Of a stretch of 64,000 nt of DNA, positions 43,492-56,076 are shown in pieces. The notes below the pieces were generated by a model, which worked only from the letters and a program-made list of their open reading frames with translations, had not been told where the DNA came from and did no database searches. Numbering within the stretch: the first letter of the stretch is position 1; each line of letters opens with the position of its first letter. Both the position numbers and the translations under genes were made by a program. This stretch comes from Ancylonema sp. Lineage: Eukaryota. The DNA lies in assembly GCA_050230475.1 (NCBI GenBank), contig JBFLGF010000210.1, forward strand, positions 1 through 64,000, written 5' to 3'.

Positions 43492-45160
43492 CTATGACTC
43501 CTCAGGCTGATCGGGCTCCTTGTCTGGATCCTCATCCTCCTTCTCCTCATCTTCGTCTTCCTCTTCCGGGTCTCCTGGTAGAGGTTGAGGGAGGGGGGGT
43601 TTGATTGGTGAAAACGATGGGAATATATCTGGCCGCCTCCCAGGTGCTGGTCGTTCCCATTCCTGCAAACATTTGACCACGTCAAACTTCGATTCGGGGT
43701 ATACTTACAAACACTTGACTCTAAAAGAAATAAGGCAGATAGAATAAGGATGCGTATGCGAATTTGTGCGACACAGGTGTGCGTTTTTGCACACGTGTCA
43801 ACACAAGCATACATGCACATGTTGACTCATGCCTACTTATTATCAGCCGCACGATCTGGTGAATCCTACAACTGCCTGTAACCCTCCACAATTCTGCTTC
43901 ACCCAGACAGTGCGCTCTGATGTGTGTATACTCAAATGCCATGGTGATCAGCAGTTGCATAACAGGAAAAAAACGCAGACACCACCATCATGAGTTGGAG
44001 CAGTCTGTAAGTGTTGCACTTTGCATTACGAGCATTATCAGCATTACGAGCATCATGAGCATCATGATCATCATCATCACTACTCATTTAAGAGGTGATA
44101 AGACAATACATGGAAGAGCTGAATTACATTAATTCAACATGTGGCAAGTATAGAAAGCCTCTGTCCGAAATTTGGTGACAACAATATGGTGGCTGCTACT
44201 GCACTGAAAGCTTTATTCAAAATCTATTGATCGCAAACAGCAGCCTCAGGGATGCTGATGTCAGCAATCGAATGAAGTGCACGATTCTTGCACCCAAATA
44301 TACTTTTACCAGCAAACGAGTCATATACACAGTCAAGTCATGATAAAAAGTATTTTACCCTAAGCTGTCATTTGTATGAAGCATTTCTGCAACTCTATTG
44401 ATGTTCATATTTTTTTACATTTTAAGTGCTCCTTAAAATTATACTAGAAAGTCTGTTGTCTGATTGAAATAATCGACTGGGACTGTGAACATAGAGACGG
44501 ATAAGCAATTCACAATGTACGGAGTTTTATGAAATACATTTACACCAAGTTATTTCCATTTTACTGGTGCAGTATAGAAGCGTTAGCGGGGTCAGAACTA
44601 TACTACATGTATATTTATACTGGACCCAAAGCTCAGCGGGTGACTTTCCGCAACCGTTGCATGGTGGGCTCAGAACGCGTTTTCTGATCATTTTTTCTAG
44701 GTGAAGAGGACTGACAAGGTAGTGTGATGGGTTTTGATGAAAACTGCTGCAAGTTGCAGTTATTAATATACGATAGCATATTCATTTCAACGCTGTTACA
44801 TGTAAGCAATCATTTTTATGAACTTCTGATTCCGATCTTGGTGATGATACATACCACAGGAAAGTCCAATGGCGATCTTCTTGTCATCTTCTCCTCATCA
44901 GGAGCCATCCGCGTAACCATTCTGTTGTGTCCTCGTGAATTCTGAGAGGAAGGAACCCAGTTGGAGGCGAATTCATCACTATTTCTGAGTGTTCTCTTCA
45001 AATTACATCGCAGAGCAGATGCAACTGTCGTTGTGTGTACTCTTGACGTGTGGCTACCGCATACTGTTTCTGACACCGCCTTGGGAGAAGAAGAAGAAGT
45101 AGAGCAGGAAGCTCCAGACGGCAGGTATGTAGTCGCAAAAGATGGGCTCATTAGAGCCAT
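43492..45160 (-). CDS. CGL20: CGL20-like plastid protein (conserved in the green lineage; plastid 50S ribosome biogenesis), about 158 aa, 2 exons
   Basis: Exons (minus): 45160-44855, 43662-43492. A Ser-rich transit peptide is followed by MAPDEEKMTRRSPLDFPV|EWERPAPGRRPDIFPSFSPIKPPLPQPLPGDP and an acidic tail, matching the Pro-rich core plus acidic C-terminus of CGL20. Confidence 0.88.
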
Positions 45161-46779
45161 GGCTGTAGAACTATGGCAGCAAAATATTGTACTCAAGTCG
45201 TTGATCGAGAACAAAACAGCTGGAACTCAGGCTATGCGAATGTAGTGAAGACCGTACTCACTTATCCAGCACAACTTCAGGCTGAAGCTCGCTTACAGAA
45301 AGGGGTGTGGGCAATCCCGTTAGTCAGCTACGACGTTTTGGTGTACTATCGATGTGCAGAAGTAAGCACGGATGCCTGTAGAGGACATGGCCACAATTTT
45401 TCCTACACTGAACATTTTTTCTTCGACCTCAGGCTTGACAGGGTTTGGGGTCCAGTCTCCTTGCTTACAATATCCCCTCTTTTGGCGCTAAAATATAATG
45501 CCATATGCGCCCATATTCTGCGCCAGCCACAAGCACTTTTCGCCTGCACGGCAACATATGCACAGCCGGCATGACGGCCGGCCAGGTTTATACAGATTCC
45601 ACCACAAGCAGTAGATATGAACGCCCCAGGTACTCCCGTGTCATCGCTACACAGATCACTACGAGCGATCTGCTCTGGCACGGACTTCATGGAGTCTCTC
45701 CGCTCTTCTCCGCTCTACTTTTCTCTGGCCGGATGTCTGCTGTTCGCGGGTCTCAAGCCCGTCAGTTCAGTCTCCGTATTCGCAGCTTTTATTTGTATTT
45801 TTTTTCTCTTAGTGTGTACCTCACCCTCCGTTCCAAAATTTCGCTTCGTTGCTCTATGTTCCGCTCACTTCGGATCAGCTGCCGGTCTTCGAGACCGTAA
45901 TAATTCAATATTGTTTACATTTAATCAAAAGAGAAACAACTTGGTCCTCATTTCCAAGGAGTCCATCACACCATCCACGGTGCACATCGGGTGCACCTCC
46001 ATCACCGCCCATGTTGTCTAAAAAAAAAGAGCTTAACTTGCCACCTGACAAAGACAGACATATGTGTGTCTATAATCTTCATTTCAGTGTGTGCGTGTGA
46101 CACGTCATAGTGTGTCGTGTTGATGAGATGAGATTTGTGTATGACTTGAGGTGTGTACGACCTCACCCAAATCCATGTGTCTTTGTTGGCAATTTTCCAA
46201 TTCATGACCAGCCCTTCCACAATTTTTTCACCTCTGAACATCATCGAATCTCTCTCGATCAGAATCCCTCCCAACTCTTTGACTTCCATTCCCCTTAGTC
46301 GCGCAATTCCGTTGCAAATGACCCATTTGACCAAATGTGTGACATTGGATGAATCTCTGTTCTTTCCGTGCAGTTTTTCATAACATTACCTGAAATTTCC
46401 TGCATTTATGACATTGCACTCCATTCTCATTTCCCCCCAACCCCCCTGTTTGGTTTCTTCCACTCGGTTTTGCTCCCCCGAGGTTGGCTTAAGAAGCACC
46501 GAAGCCTTGACCCAAGGGTTCGCCACGCTTGCAGGCGTTAATCTCCTCCCTTGCATCCTATTGTACCTAAGTGCTGATGACGTTCTGTATATTGTAGAGT
46601 TGTGGTGCAGTCAGCGGCCACGTCTGAACAATTTTCACCATCAGTGAATACCTAGAATTGAGAAGTTGAGCGATTTGAGCGAGTTGAGAAAGAGCCTGTC
46701 CAAAAGATTGTGAAGTTCCCGCAAACGCTGCACATAAACAGGGATTTCTCAGCTTGAGCCGTGATGATGGCGGACGGAT

Positions 46780-47203
46780 GTGCGTTGGCATTGCACACCT
46801 CAACTTTTCTTTGAAGCTCAAATATGACTTAAGGGCATTCCACATCTCATAAACGTATGTGCAGTTACCAACATGCGTGTGCTTAGAGGCGCCAAAATAT
46901 TTCACTGTATAAAAGCTTGAGCTTTCAGATCCATATCTAACCAGGTTTCAATTTCAAAATCGTGAGTGATGACATTAGCATCTCTATCATCCCTAACATC
47001 TTGGCGTTGGCGTAGGGTATAGTATACATAATCCAATTCTGCCTGCGTCAAGGGCTCGCTCGCTGCCAGGCAACGTATTTTCTCCTCCCACGAAATTCGA
47101 AGACCACCGCGTGGAGCTCATTTTCGATTAAACCGTACTTGACTTTGCTCGCCCATCCTTGATATGCAGCGGCAGTAAATTGTGGTATCGTTGAACGATC
47201 CAT
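46780..47203 (-). mobile_element. Degenerate Ty1/Copia gag remnant (frameshifted)
   Basis: The minus strand reads MDRSTIPQFTAAAYQGWASKVKYGLIENELHAVV, then after frameshifts WLDMDLKAQAFI and HVGNCTYVYEMWNALKSY. This is the pattern of Copia gag N-terminal/UBN2-type domains. Confidence 0.65.
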
Positions 47204-48226
47204 GTTGTTGCTCCGTTGCCAGATAGGATGATGAATACGATAACATCAAAAACTTTGTATAAGAAAGAATATTTTTAACATACCAGCTTCAAGGTTGCAA
47301 TACAGCACACAGCATAGTCCCCACAATTGGCGGCCTTCGCAAATTTATGAATATAAAATTAAAAATAATAGTCCCTGCAATTGGCAGCCTCTGCAAATTT
47401 TTGAAACCCAGAGATAACGTTATACCTCTTGAACTTTCACGACTAGAAATCGCGCAAGTCTAGCGTCCCAGACAACATGTGGGTTCGTAACATTTTAAGA
47501 TAAAAGCTTACGATATTTTGTTAGGCCAATCAGAGTTCCATATCAAGGTGTCCAAGTGATTCACAACAAATACCGTACCTTTCAAGTTTGATTCATACAA
47601 TGCAATCACACAACGAGAATGATAGACATAAAAAATAAAATAAACACAACATATAATACAAGGTGGTCTTCCCGACTCCGAAGGTTGGCCGCTTGGAGGG
47701 GACTTTTGGCCTTGTCGTTGAGAAGGTCGGTCACATAGAGCATATATTGGACTTGAGGTTTGAGGTGAATAGGGGTCGATGGAGGTTAAGCTATTTACCC
47801 AAAACTTGAAAGTCGTCAACACTTGATTTGAAGCTTCTGCTTGCATGGAACCATATTTTCTTACATTTCAGATTGTGAGAAAGATAGTCACTAACAAAAT
47901 TTTGTGTGTTATCTGTCTTGGCTAGGTGGTTGAGCTTTTTTTTTTCAAACTAGAAAGGAGAAAAGCGGGGAGCTGTCAATATGGCCATGACGTTAATGTT
48001 TCTATAATTACCTCTAAACTCAGATTTATTCACCTATCTCCCTCACCCCCTCTCCCCCTCTCCCTCGTGCTCCGAGCTGCGAGCTCCGAGCTCCGAGTTG
48101 TGATTTTGCTACAGCTCGAAATAATTAGTGGATCAATGAAGATAGAACGAGACGGGTCGTGGTTATCGTAGTTTGAAGTGCAACATCATTTTTCCAGTAA
48201 ATATTTGCGCTTGGAGTGCTCCTAAC

Positions 48227-48670
48227 CATAGTTGCGCGATACGGCACTTAGACCCTTTGATACGCCGTATCCGAGACGGCGATGCGGCAATTCGGCTTGA
48301 TACGTCATGTTTTTTCAAGTTTTCCCCGATACGTGTATCGATGTCCAATACGATACGATATGATACGACCCCTTTCTTATTTCCGTGGGGGGAAAGAATG
48401 TTTTAATAATGCTTCAAAATTCGGTTATGTATAAAGCAATATATTTTTGTAGTTATAACAAAGATCACTTCATGTCAAGATTGGTTTTTTGAGTGTATAA
48501 GCACAAGTTTGTTTGTAAGTTTGTACATAAGTTTGGGAGGACACATGATATGCGTGTCGCGTGTCCGATACGATACGCGTCTCGGGGTTTTTGATACGTG
48601 GCCAAAATTGCCCACATGATGTATCGTATGGGACAATTGTTAGATATGATACGCGTATCTTGCAACGTTG
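48227..48670. mobile_element. hAT-like MITE candidate with GATACG/CGTATC subterminal motifs
   Basis: Imperfect TIR CATAGTTGCGCGATACG versus CGTATCTTGCAACGTTG, with many GATACG motifs near both ends. No 8-bp TSD was found. Confidence 0.5.
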
Positions 48671-48719
48671 GGATTTGTTGTTCAACTATGAAAACATCAC
48701 GCGTAGTGATGGGCCCCTC

Positions 48720-49102
48720 CGACCAGCCGGCGGGAGCTCCAGCCGGATTCCGCGGAGGATCCTCCAAGACTCCGACGCTCATTTAAAATCGCATTCCAAC
48801 CGGCCAAAATTTGTCTTCCGAATACCAGCCGGCTGAAATTTGGAGGAGCGATTCCAGCCGGCTGGAATTCGGAGGAATCTGAAGAAAACCGCAGCAATCG
48901 GAAGATTTTCGGCTAGAAGTCAGAGGAAATTTGGCTGAAATTCGGAGAATGAATTTCAGCCGGCTGGAATGCGGAGGAAGAATTTCAGCCGGCTGGACTC
49001 AGCTGGAATCGCCTGAAATTGGCCGAATGATGTCTACAATTCCAGCCGGCTGAAATGTGGGGGAATTGGTTGGTATGATTGGGTTATAATAAACATGTGT
49101 TT
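48720..49102. repeat. Array of palindromic CAGCCGGCTG motifs, probable TE subterminal region
   Basis: CAGCCGGCTG followed by GAAT/AAAT recurs at least 5 times; 49082-49102 matches the reverse complement of 18721-18741 with one mismatch. Confidence 0.55.
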
Positions 49103-49209
49103 CTCTCTGGCGAAAAAGGCTTTTATTGATTTCGAAATCACTGGGCCATCAAATTTCCTTGGGTCGTCTTCGGCATTGACTGTCACAACCATGCGTCAGA
49201 CCAACACAA

Positions 49210-50375
49210 ATCTAAAAAGCTACGGAGAGCCGATTTCAGACCAAATATATACCCAAGAAGTAAGAGGAACGCAGATCGAGGGGCGAATGCACGAGTAATC
49301 AAAATAACCTCATCAGGCTAGCATAGGAAGGCACTAACGAGGGGTCGGAAGACGACAAATCTGAGGCATCATATCTGCTCATATATAGCTTGCAGGAAAG
49401 AAACCTCAGTGACAACTGACACAATTTTCTGCGCTATACCCGGAGTACGCGGCACGTAGGTTTAGACAACGAGGGTTCTGCCTTTGTCAGAAGTAAACAA
49501 AAAAAGGTTCAAGTTTTGGGTTACACCCTCTACCCTCTACCACATCATTCGTGATGTGGTAGAGTGATCAGTCGCGCCAGCACGCGCATCGGGATCGCAC
49601 TAGCTTCCTTCCTTTATCGACTCCTACGGGGCGCGGGGAGGGCGTGTCGATATTGTGATTTCGGATGCTGCGTTGGGACACACCTTGGTCGACGTTGTTG
49701 TTGCAGACACTACCCGTCGTGATTTGGTGGAGCGCGCCGCTAGACATGATCTCGTCGCTGGAACAAATGCGGAGCGAAGGAAGGAAACCCACTATCGGGA
49801 TCGCGCAGCCGGGATTGCTCTTGAGACGTACGGTGCTTTGTCTGATAGGTCGGATCGATTTTTGGTCGAGTGTGCCACGTTAGCTTCTAGAGAGTGTGCA
49901 GGATTAGGGCCGTCCATTAGCTTGCTATGCACATGGTTCCGTGAGAGAGTGTCGATCGTATTGCAGCGGTCGCTAGCGCATGCGATACATGCTGGAACCC
50001 TACGTCTAGAGCAATCCATGGCCTTGTTACCCCCCCCACCACCGCGCGTTCCACTTTCTTCTTCGGAGTTGCATATTGTTGCTAGTTTTGGCTAGAACGT
50101 TCGGCTCTCATTTTTGTCGTTTTTAGGATATGTAGTTTCTTACAGGCACGTTCTTGTAATGAGATGGGGTTCCCGTCGTTTTTCAATAATACACACTTTC
50201 CTCTACAAGAATACAATATAATACGGTAAATGATGTATGTTCTCGGTACAACGACTCGACAGAGTGACGTCGACAACCGTACCCGTGCAAAAGGTAGGTC
50301 ACCCAAACGTAAAATGAACAATTCTGAACGTTAATTTAAACCCTAGAAAGAACCTGAAAATATTTGCATATCATA
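49210..50375. repeat. Dispersed repeat family A, copy 2, interrupted by the CRE-like insertion
   Basis: Same orientation as copy 1; similarity stops at 49533 and resumes at 50200. Outer ends approximate. Confidence 0.85.
49541..50199 (+). mobile_element. 5'-truncated CRE-like non-LTR retrotransposon fragment (restriction-like endonuclease C-terminus plus 3' UTR)
   Basis: Translation HIIRDVV ... GGRVDIVISDAALGHTLVDVVVAD...AERRKETHY...IALETYGAL...WFRERVSIVLQR fits the PD-(D/E)XK RLE domain of early-branching non-LTR elements. Flanked by CCTCTAC at 49534-49540 and 50200-50206. Confidence 0.8.
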
Positions 50376-52117
50376 TTTGCGATAACGAGGCCCATATGTT
50401 TGGAGATGCCGGCTGGCATGCACGGTAGAATTTCCTGTAAATCACACGTGTTCAGATTCTGCCACACGGACGGACCTGCCAGAGGAGCCAGTCTGTTGAA
50501 CAGCCCACGCATCAGACATGGCTGGCTGAATCTGCATCTCCTACTCACGTGAACGGACGCTTTACAGGTAGACTCTTGAGGATAACAATGTCACGCCAAC
50601 TTATATTCCACTCGCTGACGTCTTAGGCATTCGATGTGAATATAATTGGTCTTCCCGGTGTCGGCCGTTGGATTGGAATTGGAGGGTTCAACTGCCAGCT
50701 CCTAAAACTTGCGGCATAGTGTCTGCAAGTACTTCGCGATGGCGATTGCTTCCCGTATAGTAATTAAGTCCTCGAGGGTCAGTAGGGGTCCTTCGTTGCG
50801 ATGCTTTAGAGTGAGTTCGGGGGATGGGGAGGTGAATGAGCTGATAGATAAGGAAATTGTGTCTCCAAGAGAGGTAAGCGCAGCGGAAGTTGAACGGAAG
50901 TTAGTGACCACCAAGAAGGAGGCCTTGGACCTGTAAGCGATACATTCGATATAGCGATAAGATAACGTCATCAATTATGTGATGTCGGGGGAGGAAGGGC
51001 CTAATAACATGCTCGTCACTTTCCCGAATTTATTGATATAAAAATAATTCATTAGGAGTCTTGCGAAAATTATCGAAATCCAGAAGGGCTGCTGCACGAA
51101 TCGCAAATGCGACAATCTAATCAATATAAAATGTGTTCTATTCCGACGAATTCAGGTATCGTTTAATCCTCCGGCATACTCGACTTTTTTTATGGCGGAA
51201 TGACCAGGGAGAATTCTGGTGAGCGGACACAACGGACTCATACCTTGTTTCCAAGCATTGCTCTCTATGAATGAACGATTGTTTTACCAACTGACAATTA
51301 TGTATCCTATGCTTCATCCACTAGATTCATACGTAACAACCATATCTAGTGACGCATTCACAATGATCATTATCTTGTATGTAATACATCTGGCCCACCG
51401 TGTTACGATTGCCATAAACAAAGCGATAAATATGTGAAAGCATCATCTACAACGATCAAGGCGACACTGGCAATACCACCACCAAATTACCGTTTAAACC
51501 ATTTTACCGCCCGCTAAAAACTGATGCAGAATTGAATCACAATTGTTTCAATACAAAAAAAATTCTCAAGGGGAAAGTGATTTGCCACATAACAACCAAA
51601 TTTGAATCCTATACGTTTTTGTTGTGCCTTGTCACATTTGTCTGTTTTCCTCTCTTCTTTTTCTTCCCACTTCTTGTGTTTATTGTTGAATTCCATGAAA
51701 ACTAATTCAGTAACAGTTGACTGAAGTTACACACTTATGGCCTCCTCATGTCATCCTTACCCCTAGGAGAGGTACTTTGGCAATGTTAGTGCTGACCATC
51801 TTTGCATCCATATTTGGGTGTTCTTTTGGAAGCATGAAATTGTATTTCATTAACTTTACTAAAGTAGATTGATGGTTCTTTGAGTCATATTTTTTGAAAT
51901 GGATCGGTTTCTTCGAATGTTACACAGTCACCAGTGACATCCTTTCCTTTCCTCCTCCCCCCCTCGGGTTCCTGTGTTTGTTTTATCAATGTGTTGATTT
52001 CCTTCATTTCTCGAGTCTCGATTTCCAAAGGCGAGATGTTGTGCGATCGAGCGCCCGAAAAGAGTTCGAGGTCGCTCGATTTGAAAGAGACCCTGAACGG
52101 GTGAGACACACACTCCA

Positions 52118-52205
52118 TTTTGACATTTTGACATTTTGACGTTTTGACATTTTGACATTTTGACATTTTGACATTTTGACATTTTGACATTTTGACATTT
52201 TTACA
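52118..52205. repeat. (TTTTGACA)n octamer satellite, about 10 copies
   Basis: Seen directly. Confidence 0.95.
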
Positions 52206-53608
52206 TTTTTATATTTTATATTTTCTTACATTTTTATGTTTCTTCATTTTTGCCTTTTTATTTTGTCACAAACATTTCACCCTATTTGCGCTCGGAGGAA
52301 AGAAGATTGGTATTTTCGATGCAATCGAGGAAAAAAAATCCGCATCCGTGATACAATTTAGGCGTTTTTGGACTTATTACTCGAGTAGCAATCATGAAGT
52401 ATTGCACGCGTAGCATATGTGTATAAAAGTGTTGTCTCTATTTATAAGTGAATGTTACAGTTACAATGATGTGTATATAATGTCTTCATTTGTCACATTC
52501 CATACTTCAATTGTAAGTGGATGAGGGGCTCGAGCCACATTTGCTTCAAGAAAAAAATGGATTATTTAAGAGGGTGAAAGTGAGCGAAATTAAAAATATC
52601 TGCCGCAATCAAACCATCTTTGATAACCCATACTTGATGCAACTGTAACTTTTGTATACGTGGAGTTCATGATGGCAGTGGTCTTTCATCTGTGCACTGC
52701 AGATCGCTCGCATGCGTGTTGGGGGAAGAGACGCGGTTCATGCAATTGTGGATAAGGTGGGTGCACAAATTTAACCCTAAATCCCTGGAATTTAGGAATT
52801 TATTTTTTCCTAATATCGTGGAAACAAATGGTAAATGCGAGCGAGAGAGATTCCCTATTTGACACACACACTCACACCGTGCACACATACCCATTATTCA
52901 TAAACGTTTGTGTATAGGGTGACCTTGTTGATGTCCATAGCACATTGGTCACTAGTGGAACAAAGAGGATTTTGTGTGTTGCGGGGGTAGCTAGAAAGAC
53001 CCCAAAATAATAACAAACGAAAGGCTGATGAATGTATGCATCGTTTTCTTGTCTTCTACTCATCTTGTCTCCCATTGGCTCTTCGCAGTTCATGAAGAAA
53101 CGTGAAGACATTCGAAAAAAGGACTTTGGCTAAATAAAGGAGAGAGGAGATCAAGAAGTCTCATTCAAAACAAGGCATCTTGCCAACTCTAGTGTTATGA
53201 AATGTGAAAGGCAATTGAGCCGAATTTTATCCATACTCATTAGCCACCGTGTGTCTTATCATGAATGCTTATCCCCAACGGATTACACTCTTTTCGGGCA
53301 CATAAAAGTGTAGAGGAAAAGGAAGTCAACACAGGTCGATTGTCAAAAAAATGACGAGGACGGTGTTGGAAAAATCACAATTTGCATGTTTATAGAAGAG
53401 AATCATAATATTCAATGCCTATAGGTCTCTCTGGTACACTCCCATCGAGACATCTATGGTGTAAACCATGAGCACCAAAATAGATTAAATGTCTTCCACG
53501 TTCCGGTCTTGAGTCCCTTCATAGATCCCAATCATCGTAAATACATTCGAATATAAAACTCATATTATAGTATCATGAAATATTACGTATGATAAATGTA
53601 CTCCCTAA

Positions 53609-54072
53609 GAGCATGTTTTATTGGCGAGCACTTCGAGTATCACTTTGACGCGATACCCGCTGGTTAACCTCGCGAAGTGCAACGCATCACTTCGAGGCGA
53701 TATGGCGTATACAATAATAGTGATACCCAATCGTATTCCGTATCACAACAAGTTATTTGAGGAGTATCACTCCGAAAGATCGTTTGCGCGCGAAAAAGAC
53801 ACGTCACGTCACACTCCTTTCGAAAATTTCAGCAACGTCTACACGCAGCAAAAATGAGGGAGAAGGCTCCACAACGACAGAAACTAGTGTCACAATTGTG
53901 AAACGAATATTACTTTGTGATACCCAAATCAGAGTTATGATACAGTGCTCGGAGCGTATCACTCCGCGAAATCTAAAACGCCACGATGTGATACCCCATA
54001 AAACTTGAAGTGACACTCAAAATCAGGCGCAATTCAAGTGATACTCGAAGTGCACGCCAATAAAACATACTC
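53609..54072. mobile_element. Tourist-like (PIF/Harbinger) MITE, 464 bp
   Basis: 37-bp terminal inverted repeats (GAGCATGTTTTATTGGCGAGCACTTCGAGTATCACTT, 2 mismatches), TAA on both flanks (53606-53608, 54073-54075), and internal GTATCAC/GTGATAC repeats. Confidence 0.85.
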
Positions 54073-54164
54073 TAAACATATACAGTACGTGTGGTGCTAC
54101 AAAGTGCGCTCAGATCATACAATTGCAAATCATATATCATGTCATATCATCATCATCATACATC

Positions 54165-54935
54165 TCTCGTGCCATTTAGCATTGTCTACTCCCACACGTT
54201 TCATGCCACCGCACTAATGAACATGTCGACACGTGTCTCCTCACACGTGTGAACGCACCTAAGAACGAACGCCACCTCACACATGCGAATCTGCACTTGT
54301 AGACTAATGCACTCCACATATGCATACTCATGCCATGTGTCTTATCGCAATGCACCTCTCCCCCTCATCCACACCATACACTATTGAATGCACGAGCACA
54401 ACTTGTACACGTTTACTCCTCCATGTGCAAATTGATTTTGCCTAAGATTTACCCAAGGCAAGGTTGTTGCTCGAGATCTTGATCATTAGTGTCCAAAATT
54501 GTGATATGTGTGGCTACTCGGAAATCTGCCGTGAGCTCAATCTATGGCCAAATCACCCTCTCAGTGAATCCGATGAATCACAAACAGAGATATTGTGTAT
54601 GTACTGTCGTCACACTAAGTTGTTGACTGGCGATCGCACAAATACTTGTCCAAGTATTTTGCCTCTGTATGCTAAATGCAACTCTGTATACTACTTAACG
54701 TGATCATGACTGTTATCTGTGTTGTACATCAACTGTACAGTACCAACAACTGTATGCACGTACGGCGTCACACACTGCCAACTATAGGTTCGCCGGGATT
54801 CCCGTCGTTCCCTTCGATTATAACAAACCCGCTATATTGTGCAATCACTTACACCACCTCCACCTCCGCCTGCACCAGTTCTTGATTGCAACCGGCGGAG
54901 CAATTACAATATCTACACACGATCATATATGGACT
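54165..54935. repeat. Dispersed repeat family B, copy 2 (inverted relative to copy 1)
   Basis: See copy 1; shared blocks AACGAACGCCACCTCAC, ATGCCACCGCACTAA, CCATGTGCAAA, CACACGATCATATATGG. Confidence 0.75.
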
Positions 54936-55435
54936 GCCACATCGCATCATACAAAAAATTGTGTATGCTACTTTAGCCGCACTTATCCATGGATTTCACC
55001 ATTCTGCAATTTCATATTCGATCCAAATTTCTCACCGTGCAATGCATCGAGGTTCTTCTCGAGTCTTGTTTTAGAAAGTGTCCATTACTCGTATGTACAA
55101 ACGTCCAATATAATCCCTCTCGTTCGTTTACAAGAAAATGTATTTGTGAAGGGCCGATGTCTCTATTTTTCGCACCAACGGTATGCACATCACATCTTCA
55201 CATGAAGTGTATCCCCGGAAGCTGCTCGGCATAGACCCCCTTCCATGCGATTCTCAAAGCACGATTGAATATAACATAACATTTTACATAATATGGTACA
55301 CATATTACATGATGGAAGGTATTTTCATGTGAACACTGATTGTGTTTCAATTATTGTATGTACACATAACCCAAATCCACAACCCAGATTCGTGCATAAA
55401 TAAAGTGAAGCACATTCGTGCTCTCTACATAGCCA

Positions 55436-55994
55436 CTATTCCTTCCCTCTCGTTCTTGCGTGAGCTTCGACAGACATCTTCTTGATCACATCTAAACTCT
55501 GAGTTTCTTTTGGCTTGTCGCCATAACAAACAACTCCATCTGAACATGAAGCAGTCCCGAATCCGTATCTCAACCTCTCTATGTCTGCCGAAAACGAAGA
55601 CTTTGCAGAGCCTTGAAAAATTGTTGCCAAAGCACACACGGTTTTTGATACCGTGGCCAATGGTAGACCTCTAACTCCTAACCCTGAATCTCTCAAAGGG
55701 GCTGCCCAAGATTCATTTTCCATTTTTCCAGATGTGTTCAAACGAACCACGGTCAGTGTGCGGTTTCCGATTCGATCTACTCCCGCGATGAACTCGTCAA
55801 TCTGCAATACACCGAAAAAGTCACAAATAAGTGACACAATTGGTCGGAAACCATTACAGGAGCATTGACATGCATCATAGTAGAATTATATTCAACAATT
55901 TCAAACCAAGATCACGTTTAAAAAAGAAGTAATCCCTTGATTTAAGTATTTGATATGGTGGTGGTACTCGAGATTAGTTTAGATATATATATAA

Positions 55995-56076
<82 letters not shown>

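Noticed and set aside
49520..49535. Apparent shared terminus of repeat A
   Set aside because: Similarity resumes at 50200, so this is an insertion site rather than an element end.
50702..50974. 90-aa ORF with an upstream AG
   Set aside because: No recognisable homology and no partner exons.
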